Under the pieces are notes generated by a model. It was not told where the DNA came from. It saw nothing but the letters and a program-made list of their open reading frames with translations, and did no database searches. Made by a program: the position numbers and the translations under genes. Below, piece after piece: positions 53,968 through 64,000 of a DNA stretch of 64,000 nt (the first letter of the stretch is position 1; every line of letters begins with the position of its first letter). Origin of the DNA: Botryllus schlosseri (Eukaryota); the NCBI GenBank assembly GCA_051294905.1, contig CM119378.1:3164001-3228000 (forward strand), read 5' to 3'.

Positions 53968-55470
53968 CAATGTTCCCTCTAAGCTGCGCACGTGCGCAAA
54001 TGCGCAGTGCTGAAACGGTCTCAGCGCACAGAAAATCTAAGCTGCGCACAAAAAATCAGAAGTGATGTTTTTTTAGTCGTTGCGCACTGTTGTCCAATGG
54101 ACCACGCAGGCGCGCAGACTCGCGAAAAATTAGATGGGACACTGCCAGGGCCAAATATTGTGTTATCACTGAAGTCTGAAACCGGGGTACAAGTGCGGCC
54201 CGCAAAGGTAAATATTGCGCTCCGCGAAGAAATAAGAATTTACAATCACGTGCGCCTCACGGAAGAGATTTTTTTAGTATGGTCTCGTACGCGTGAGCGA
54301 TATCATTTCAATAGCGCATTATTTTCTGGGAATGGCGAAATAACATGGTTTAACAAAGTTATGAATAACAGTGGGCTAGCTCGAAGTTAATCTGCGATAA
54401 ACTAACGAATAGTCTTCTCCGCGTGGCATGAACATTGCGTAAGACTTACTCAGGACCGTAACTGCCGCACACCAAACCCGCTAATTGGAGGGCCGAGCTC
54501 GGTGGGGGCCCAAAATTATTTCGTTAAATAAGGTAGATCATGGTGTATTTTTTTGGAATTTTTTTAGCGCTGTGTGCGATTTAATATTGTAAGATATCTT
54601 GATTATTGGGTACCCGTTTCCAACAAAAAAATGCGCTTGATTTATAGAAATGGGCACTTGGGCGTCGGCCATTAGCGCACCATGACGCTCCAAGACATAT
54701 GAAAGTTAAAGGCTAGTTACATGTGACTCTGAGAAGTGCGCCAGAACGATCATCAGCGAGAAAACCTTGGCCGAAAAAGACTACATGCCCTTGTGCTGAC
54801 CGAAAACTTCGAGATATCATACATATATGTTTAATTTTTCATGTCCATAGGCGCATATAAATGGCTGGCGCCGAATGTTCCTGTCCTGGCGATCCGAGTC
54901 CCACAACAGGACAAATTCCATATCGAGGGAACATTATTTTCCAGTAAAGAAATACCAATTGGAAATCGTGTAGTCTTTTAGTTTTCCACGTTTGGGTGAT
55001 TTCAATATCTTTTTACATAGCAGATAGGAGGTCACGAAATAGCATCATATAACGAAGTCATTATACCAACGGGTACGCCGGAAGATGTTTTATTATTATT
55101 TAGAGGGCCTATCTATTCCAACACACCACTCTCGATCATCCCTATCGGTAAATCTGATTATGTGAGCAGGCAGAGGTTAAAAATTATGCAATTCCCGATC
55201 ATATTGACCTATGCAGTCATGAATTATATAATTTTTCGCACTTTGCGCGTTCTAGCAACAACGCAACAACAACCACTAAACGGGCACCCAATGTAGATGA
55301 CAAGTATAGGGAAAAGGCGTACATCGCGAGGGGGGTCTGGGGGCGAAGCCCCCCAGAAGTTAGTTTTATCACCCTATGGGAGGGTAGGGTGGTTGCGCAC
55401 AGTTGTCCAAGGGCCTGCGCAGTGAGTTGGCGTGTTTGCGCAGACTCGTGAATAATTAGAGGGAACATTG
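53968..55470. mobile_element. Non-autonomous hAT element with duplicated right end and internal cargo
   Basis: Perfect 15-bp TIR CAATGTTCCCTCTAA / TTAGAGGGAACATTG; perfect 8-bp TSD ATCATGAG; degenerate internal right end at 54078-54144. Confidence 0.85.
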
Positions 55471-55788
55471 ATCATGAGTCGGTGTATATGCCGCAAAAAC
55501 AGAACTAAACTATATACCGTCCTATTCCTACACCAACGGAAGACAACTGCATGAGACATTCCAGGATTTTACAAAAAATGAAAGACACGTTGGCGAGCAG
55601 CAAAAAATCAGTGTGCAACGTACTGTACAGATATGTCAGAAAATAGTCCACACATTGACAGGCCGTCGCCATCGACAAAAGAGACTCGGCTTCATCCATT
55701 GACACACTCAATGAAATACGGCTAAGGATTTGGTCAAAGTCCAATCGCAGTTACGACGCTTAACTTTTGCCAATCAAGTCCGTTAGTG

Positions 55789-58700
55789 TCAATTAACCAT
55801 CATTCTCGGCGAAATCGACATTGACATCAGCTCCTGAAACAGCAACTTGCACGCGTACGGCATTCGCACTTGCGATATATGCGTCTTGTTCCTGCATCCC
55901 CTACACTCAAAAGTATGCGAGCGCAGATTCGCGATCACGATCAAACCGCAAATGTTGCACACGTGCACCCTGTACGGATCGGAAGCCTCGAAAAGGCGTT
56001 CCTTCAAAAACTGCGCGGCGCCGTGAGCGATCTGACAATCGCGTTCCATCTCTCCAAAACGTAGACCGCCATCACGGGATCGTCCTTCCATAGGTTGCCT
56101 GTTTAAAATCTGCACCGGCCCTCTGGCACGCGAGTGTATTTTATCGTCCACCATATGCTTCAAACGTTGGTAATACGTCGGCCCGAAAAACACTTGCGTG
56201 TTAATTTTGTGCCCGGTATGCCCGTTGTATAGTACTTCATTACCTCTTTGCTGATAACCATACTCGTGCAGTAAGTTGGATATCTTCTGTACATTGACAG
56301 TGTCATTAAACGGAGTAGCATCACCGATTTCGCCTTTGTTAGCAGACACTTTGCCTTGCAAGCACTCGATTAAATGGCCGATGGTCATACGCGACGGAAT
56401 AGCGTGCGGGTTCACTATCAAATCCGGCTGTATGCCTTCACACGTGAAAGGCATATCTTCCGCTCTGTACGTGATGCCGCACGTACCTTTTTGCCCGTGC
56501 CTACTCGCAAATTTATCACCAATCTGCGGCACGCGAACTGATCGCACACGGATTTTCGTAAACTTGTACCCCTCTTGATTAATGCTCACCATGACTTGGT
56601 CCACAATTCCGGTCTCGCTCGTGCGTAAGAAAGTGGAAGCATCACGTTTTGAGTAACGTCTCGTGGTCCCTTCCAATTCGTCATCGTTCTCAGGTAACGT
56701 CACGGTTTTGCCAATAATGACATCGTCTCCTGACACGCGAACCCCAGGGGAAATGAGACCGTCGTCATCGAGCTTGTCATAAATAGCGTGACGCATTCCG
56801 CTGCAAGTAGACCGCTCGGGTCGTTCAAAAGTTTCTTCCTGATCGTACGCTTTTTTACTTTCCGCGTCTTTGTAGGAACGGTAGAACACAGATCGAAACA
56901 ATCCACGATCGATCGAACTTTGGTTCATAATAATCGAATCTTCTTGGTTATATCCAGTGTACGTTGAAATCGCGACAATCGCGTTAATCCCGGCCGGCAG
57001 TTCGCGAAACCGCAAATACTCCATGGATCTTGTAGTGACCAATGGTTTTTGAGGATAATACAACACGTGAGCCAACGTGTCCATGCGTACGTGAAAATTT
57101 GTGATGTAAACACCCATCGCTTGCTTCCCCATAGCGCTTTGGTAAGTGTTACGCGGAGATTGGTTATGATCAGGAAACGGAATGATAGAAGCACACACTC
57201 CTAAAATCATAGCAGGATGAATCTCGCAGTGGGTGTACGTGGAGCAGTACTGCTCGCCCTTGTCTTGTAGATCTTCCGGAAACATCGCCAACATGATCGT
57301 TTCCTCCTCGAGAGTGTCGATGTATTCCACGACGCCGCTAGCGACGAGATCTTGCCAACTGTAATGCATCTCGGACTCTTTGAGAAGGTCCACATGTCTT
57401 TTTTTGAGGAGCAGCTTCTGATTCTCGACAATCAGCAGCGGCCTGCATATTCTCCCGGCGTCCGTGTAGATGCGTATCTCCCGTTCTCTGATGTCGCGCA
57501 CCATCGAGACTTCCGAAACGATAATATCCATCTGCCTACGTAGTTTACGCAGCGTGGTCATCAACTGGTCGGGATCGGGGTGGATACCGACCCAGCAACC
57601 GTTGACGAAAATCTTGGTCGCGTTTTGGATAGCGGACGGAGATATCTCCTCTAAATTCTCCATGGACCACTCCTCCAAAAACTCGAGAATTGGACTCGGC
57701 TGCGACCCGACCGAGATATACGCCATCAACGCTAAATTCTTCACAAGACCAACGGCGTGCCCTTCCGGGGTTTCGGCGGGGCATATCATTCCCCACAGGC
57801 TGTTGTGCAGCTGACGAGGCTTTGCCAGTTTACCGTCGCGTCCGATAGGCGAGTTTAGACGCCGTAGATGCGACAAAGTCGACGCGTACGTCAGCCTGTT
57901 CAAGACTTGCGACACTCCCGCTCTGGCCTGGTGAGCTTTTTTCTGATCGCCCCAGTTTCCTGTTGCGAGAGAATACTTCAATCCGTCTGTGATGATTCGA
58001 GTTTTGATCGCGAGTTCGAGATTAAAATCTTTTCCGCGGTCGATAAACTTTTGAGCATACAGCCGCACCTCTTTCATTAACATACGGAACAGCCCGCGAA
58101 ACAAAAACGCTAAAAGCGGACCAGCTAAATCCAATCTCTTGTTGCCGTAATGATCACGGTCATCCAGCTCTCTCCTACCAAGCGCGGCAGTCAACAGCCT
58201 GTTGACGATGTATCCTAGAAAATACGCCTTTTTCGTTTCGCAAAAATCACTGATTCCTACGTGCGGCAGCATTTCCTTCTGCAAAATCTCTCTCGCGTAC
58301 TTGATCCTCTTCTCTTTCGTGACGCCGGGTTTGGCACCGCGCGAACCAATGAAATTTAACGCCACGTTCTGTTCCTGAATCACAAACGCTTCGTCCAAAG
58401 AAGGCTTCACCATTTCCATGATTTCGGGATCGTCAAAATCGTAAATGATATGTTCCAGGATGTCGCGATCGGACACGAAACCGAGAGCTCGAAATACAAT
58501 GATAATTGGAATTTCTTGCCGAATATACGGTACGATTGCAGTAATTCTTTGTCCAATAGCGCTCTTCTTAACGCCTTGACCACCACGAGCCAACATATTG
58601 ACCCACATTGTACTCGTAGGACGCGAGCTATTTTCTAAACAGCTCCGAATCTCAGCCGTGAACGCGTATTTGGAATCTTTTTTCTTGAAAACATACACGG

Positions 58701-59198
58701 TATTTGAAGCCATTTTTTCCTGCGCAATCAGCACTTTCTCCGACCCGTTTATGATGAAGTACCCGCCCGGATCTAAGGGGCATTCGTTCAATTCCGTGAG
58801 ATCTCTGTCGGTGAGGTTGCTGAGCAGACAGTACGTCGAGCGTAACATGATTGGAATTTTTCCGATGAAAGTTTTTTGATGCTGCGATTCTATTGGTTCC
58901 TCGTTGTGTTTGATTATTGTCTTTGTGATGTCAACGTAAAGAGGGGCAGAGTACGTCAAATTCCTGAGCCGAGCCTCGTTCGGCATCATGGGGCTGGGAG
59001 CACCGTCTTTCTCCCAGTGTGTAGGCTTCGATAGGTAGATCTGTTCAAATTTCAGATGATACTTTGTGGGAGTGATCAGCTCGGTGGTGGTGTGTTGAGC
59101 TTCGGCCTGGAGTTCAATCATAGGCGCGTCTTCTACAATCCTCTGAACGGACATCTGAATGAATTCGTCAAACGAGTCCAGCTGCTGACGCACTAGAC
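55789..59198 (-). CDS. POLR2B: POLR2B exon 2 (3410 nt, uninterrupted)
   Basis: ORF 55789..59223; its first residues (MNESFEFP) are intronic and the real acceptor is at 59199-59200. Confidence 0.96.
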
Positions 59199-61688
59199 CT
59201 GGAAATTCAAACGATTCATTCATATCATATCAATGTGTGATTGCTGCTACATGATCGCACAATGCACACTTTGATGACGGTAAAAGTATCAAAAAATGGT
59301 GTCTTTATAGTGTACTGTGAGTCTGTGATAATTCCTCTCAAAGTATTATTGTAAATCAGGGTTTCCGTACCTTCTTCACACAGTGACCCCCCTTGGAACA
59401 ATCAATGGCCCCCTATTATAATCAACCATTTGAAAGCATTTAAAAACGTTATTGTATATAAGTGTAGAGCTTCTTGGAGGTATGAAACTTTGATATAGAA
59501 TAGTTTAATCAAATTGAAATGAACTAGATGCCAACTATTACACCACACGCGACGAGTGTCAGCCAAAAATTACGAATAACTATTCAGGTACCGTATTGTA
59601 AGTTTCAACAAAAATGGTTTATACAGTATCTGGCTGTTACAATGATAAAATTATATAAATACAACACACAATAAACATGATAGCGCATTAATTAGTTATT
59701 AAATATTAAGTTATGTGATGGTTGAGCTTGTGTCTGTTCCGACAATCTATTAGTTTCCCGTTCGGGGGTGGAGGGAAGAAAGTAAACTCAAGATCGAGAA
59801 GTATATATTGCTGTACTAGTATTGTTATTTAATTTCAATTCAGTTCTTTTTGTTATAGTGAAGTAGATGATTTTTTTAAAAATTTGTTCTTGGCCCCAGG
59901 CTGGGAATTCTTGGTATAAATGAAACCAATCAGCTAAGAGGAGTATATGCTCGCATTGTATATGCCGGCATAGTAGAATGGAGAGCAAAGTCCGAATCAT
60001 GATTGGTACATTGTCAGAACTTTGATCAGTGAATGCTATTCAACCAATCCATATCATCTTACTACGAGAGAATTGAATAAAGTCATACGTTCCGGGATGA
60101 AGATATGAGTGCTTATAAGGGTAGATCCGATATTAATTACAAACCATAATATGGCGCCACCTTTTTGCAATGGACAATGCCCGGGGGTTGTGAAGGTACG
60201 AGAAATGTATACAACTGAATCAGTGACCTTACTTGTAGATTGTACAAAAAACTGTAGCCTATTGTTTCACAGATAGTATTTTGTATCAACAGACATTGAG
60301 ACAAAGAATGGGGTCAGACAGTTCATATATTATTGTTTTCATAGCACACCAAATGAAATATGTTTCAATCTTTGGATTTGCTGGGAAACTGTAATAGGTA
60401 CTCTTCTATTGTGAAAAATGGGATCTATACCTCATAAAAACTGTAGAAGTTACAATTATGGAAGTTTTAACGAAATAACCCTACCAATAAGATTTGTGCT
60501 TGTAAGAAGTCAATTCAAGCATACTATTAAAATGCAGAAATTCGTACATTTCAGTAGGAAACTACATTTCACTAATATACCATGGATTCAATTCACATAT
60601 AAAATTACTTTCAAATTGTCACTTGAGTCAAATGAAATTGACTATGTTGAAAGATGTACTTATGCAGCAATGCATCTACAATTTAAAAATATATTTAGGA
60701 GCTTCAGGGGGCAGAGCCTTTGAAGAATTTTTTTTTTCAATATTTAGACCCATATGTATTTACAGTGGTAGGTTTGAGTGCTTTCATAAATCTATAATAT
60801 GACGTTAGCAGCAAACTGCAAAACAATATTTCTAATGAAGACCCAAAGACAGCACAAACTGCTATGTACTATATGCACCATTGCAAATGATGCCTTGTGG
60901 CAAACCTGCGATGTCTGATAATCAGGGTTGATATAAGAATGCAGTAACACAGTCGGCAACTAATCAATGGTAATTCAGGATTGTATTTCATCGACGCTTC
61001 GAACCCACTATCAAAACCTATTGTAGTAGTCCTATAGTATATTATGGAATCTCACACTATTATGACTGTCATAATCATTGTGGAGGGTGTGACATGGGTT
61101 TAACGGTTAGGAAACATAACGCTATCCCACGAATGAAAAGAAGTACAGGCCTACCTTATTCATGTTGAGTAAAAGGGAAGTGCCGAATGACCCATCGAGT
61201 TGATTAAATGTGGTTTGATGTAATGCACATATATACATTATACGACAAAAGGCTACTCTAGGTCCTATATATTTCGGAGACAACAATTATATTGATGTTA
61301 TTTCTGAAAACACGGGCAGAAGGCCAGACTGGAATCAGTGGTTGTTTTCGTCAATAAGTTGAGCGTGACAGAAGGATTTCTTCCATCGAATAATTAAAGA
61401 ATTGTATGAAAAGTTGCGCGTGACGTTTGCCACTAATTCCACTCTGGGCAGAAGGGGATAACATATGGAGCATAATTAACAATTGCTGGTTTAACTGACT
61501 GTCAATGACAACTCCAAACAAGATTTATAGTACGACATTGACATATACCAGATCAAAAAATGCAAAATACCTTTTTCATCAAAATAAGAACTGATGACAA
61601 TCCAACAGCCTTCCTGCCATTGCTCTGGGGTTATATCCTCCTCATCATCCCCATCATCACGCATCTCAAGATCATCATCCTGGAACAT
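55789..61688 (-). CDS. POLR2B: DNA-directed RNA polymerase II subunit RPB2, two exons (61571-61688 + 55789-59198), 1175 aa
   Basis: Exon 1 [40 protein letters not shown]|gtattt joins tttccag|GT CTA GTG ([13 protein letters not shown]). Contains [61 protein letters not shown] and the C-terminal zinc finger. ATG is in an accgccATG context. Confidence 0.98.
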
Positions 61689-61914
61689 GGCGGTGACCTA
61701 GTCCTAACTAGTTTACGCTGAGCAAGACTAGAGTACTGTAAAATATGTTTCAAATAATTCCAAGGTGGCGGCATAATGTATCAGTAACAGTTTATCAATA
61801 ATTCCAACATTCCAAAACACTACAAGACTGCAATACGATGAAAAGATAGGAAGGTGTCGAAACGACGTGGAGTCGCCTTTGAAATCAGACACTCACCCAG
61901 GCCGGCCCCGTGGA

Positions 61915-62520
61915 TATACTCAGATATCGCAGATATCGCAGGTACCGCAGATATCGCAGATATCACTACTGTGGATACACTCAGATATCGCAGATATCAT
62001 TGTGGATATACTCAGATATCACCAAAAATCGCATACATTGAGGTCATATAAAGGTCACGCTTCGTTTAGAGCGCAGATATCACGTCTTAAGCATGTCTAG
62101 GTCGATTCAGTGCGCATATATCAGGTCCGGACCATGCCTGGGGGAATTTTGTGCGCAGATATCAGCTCTGGAGCATGTCCGAATACAAATAGTGCGCAGA
62201 TATCAGGTCTGGACCATACCTGGATTCTTTTGGTGCGCAGATATCAGCTCCGGAGCATGTCCGAATACAAATAGTGCGCAGATATCAGGTCTGGACCATG
62301 CCTGGGCTCTTTTGGTGCACAGATATCAGCTCCGGAGCATGTCCGAATACAAATAGTGCGCAGATATCAGGTCTTGACCATACCTGGCGCTGTTTCCTGC
62401 ATAGATATCAGGTCCGCAGAATGTCTGACGCCAAGCGATACGCAGATATCAGACCCGGAGTATATCTGGATACAAATATTGCGCAGATGTCAGGTTTGGA
62501 CCATGCCTGAGCGTATTTCT
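61915..62520. repeat. GCAGATATC tandem array (41-bp units alternating A/B) upstream of POLR2B
   Basis: gc(g/a)cagatatc recurs at 62153, 62194, 62235, 62276, 62317 and 62358 (41-bp period); 9-bp gcagatatc repeats at 61921-62020. Confidence 0.9.
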
Positions 62521-62667
62521 TTGGTCGATATCAACTCCACATCATGTCTGGATGGAAATGGTCAGGCCTGGTCACTGGTCAGAGCTGACCAGTAACAGAC
62601 CACTTACAGTTATTTTGGAGTCCTCAGGCAGATTTTGCCTGCTTGCATCACTTAGGCTACTCTAGTG

Positions 62668-63435
62668 CAGGGGTGTCAAACTCAAGTTGTTTCGCGGGCC
62701 GCATTCAAACCTTCAGAACATAAGGGATTAGGGGTTCTATTCAAGCGACACGTTTATTCGCAAATAATGGAATTTGCAAAAATCCGAGTATTGACTGGTT
62801 GAATATAGTTACAAACCGCTAAAACAGGGGCTCTTACGACGATATAAGCATATTTCTATGATCCCCTTGTTTCAGTCGTAATCTGGCGTTAACTCTGCAT
62901 ATGCGTTGGGAGGAATACAAGAGATTTAACTGCAGACGTGGCCGTTGGAATTCGGTTCATTTAAATCGCGATTCGTTTTCCTCTGGTGGTCGGGAACCTT
63001 TTCAGTCAGAAGTGATACAGTAGTGCGAACGCAGATATTTGAATTACATTTTTGTAACTACTATATTCTCCATGTATTCATGCATGCAACGATTTCACAT
63101 TGGCGTTTTCGCTTCTGTGAATAACTAATTCTAGGTAAATTTTTCCATAAAACTCTGAACTCAGTGTTCTCCATTTTGGCTTCCTGGAATTGCGTGTCAA
63201 TGTCACCGAATTTTTGCTAATACTGCTAGAGTGAAACCACAAAATAATAGTTAAAATGTGGCCTATGCACATATTTGACCTATCTTGCATTGAGGGATTA
63301 TTTAATAGAAGTTTCACGGACTAAAAATCTCAACATTTGTTAGAATTATGCAGGATAATACAAGCATTTTTCCATCAACTCGGAATTTTTTCGCGGGCCG
63401 GATAAAATCGTCTGGTCGTATGTTTCACACCCCTG
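62668..63435. mobile_element. hAT (Charlie-like) non-autonomous element
   Basis: CAGGGGTGTCAAAC...GTTTCACACCCCTG; TSD CTCTAGTG/TTCTAGTG; GCGGGCCG subterminal motifs. Confidence 0.85.
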
Positions 63436-64000
63436 TTCTAGTGGTTATATATCTTTGTACTACATCCAATTCTACTTGAAAAAAATTTAAGGAAAAAATA
63501 CCGTATTACTTTTTTGCACTTTGGATTTTGTAAAGTAGAGAGTAGTATTGGCACATGTTTCTATCACGTTTATAAGAATAATTGTCATGATAAATGTTCA
63601 AATAGCCTCACACTCCTTGCGAAAAGAGTGTGTATTCACACCCGAAGGGCGGAGAAGAGTGGTACAAGAACACATAACCTAACTAAGAATTATATAGCGG
63701 TCATAAATCCTACGTGCCTATACGACTACGTGCATACCATTCTACGTTACTATGAGCATGCAGAATTTGGAATAAAATGTTGCAGGCTAGGCTACTGTAT
63801 TTATACCGCGGTTTAAATCTGAGGTACTTTCAGGTTTTGTGTGTCATGAGTACAGTGTCGTTCAAAAATAACTTTTTTTCCGGATTCCAGCCATTCACTG
63901 ATCAAATTGTCAGGTTACCCTAAAAAACGCTGCACGCCTAATTTGGTTCAATTCTAACAAGTATATAAGCCACCGCAGAGCCAATTTAAATTTTTAATTT

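Noticed and set aside
52015..55360. Single 3.3-kb transposon with 1-kb TIRs
   Set aside because: The right arm lies inside a separate TSD-bounded hAT element and the arms are too diverged.
55821..58879. Short ORFs overlapping POLR2B on either strand
   Set aside because: Shadow frames of a GC-richer coding exon. The same applies to plus-strand ORFs over CCDC88 exons (2690, 11118, 13791, 16103, 20954, 24482).
55789..59198. Viral (NCLDV) or pseudogene RPB2
   Set aside because: The sequence is metazoan-like throughout, the ORF is intact, and it is joined to a spliced first exon.
59199..59223. POLR2B start at the ORF-track Met (MNESFEFP)
   Set aside because: This is intronic sequence; the conserved N-terminus is encoded at 61571-61688.

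Overview
This is AT-rich, repeat-rich animal DNA with GT-AG introns, probably from an invertebrate chordate such as an ascidian (inference from protein similarity and composition). Two protein-coding genes lie on the minus strand. (1) A Girdin/Daple (CCDC88) gene, hand-assembled into at least 37 frame-consistent exons from ATG 44735 down to 1309 (about 1740 aa). It has a HOOK domain, a long coiled coil and two GBA (Galpha-binding/activating) motifs, plus several candidate cassette exons; its 3' end probably lies outside the window. (2) RNA polymerase II subunit RPB2 (POLR2B), 1175 aa, with one intron and a 3.4-kb exon. Introns and intergenic DNA contain hAT-type MITEs with 8-bp TSDs, foldback MITEs, LINE 3' fragments, tRNA-derived SINEs and minisatellites. 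The most striking unannotated signal is a ~200-nt dispersed repeat carrying a minimal type-I hammerhead ribozyme (Penelope/retrozyme-like), with about 13 copies retaining all or part of the motif. Its loop II is complementary to the upstream flank, and a second hammerhead family is also present. All coordinates and splice sites were read by eye.
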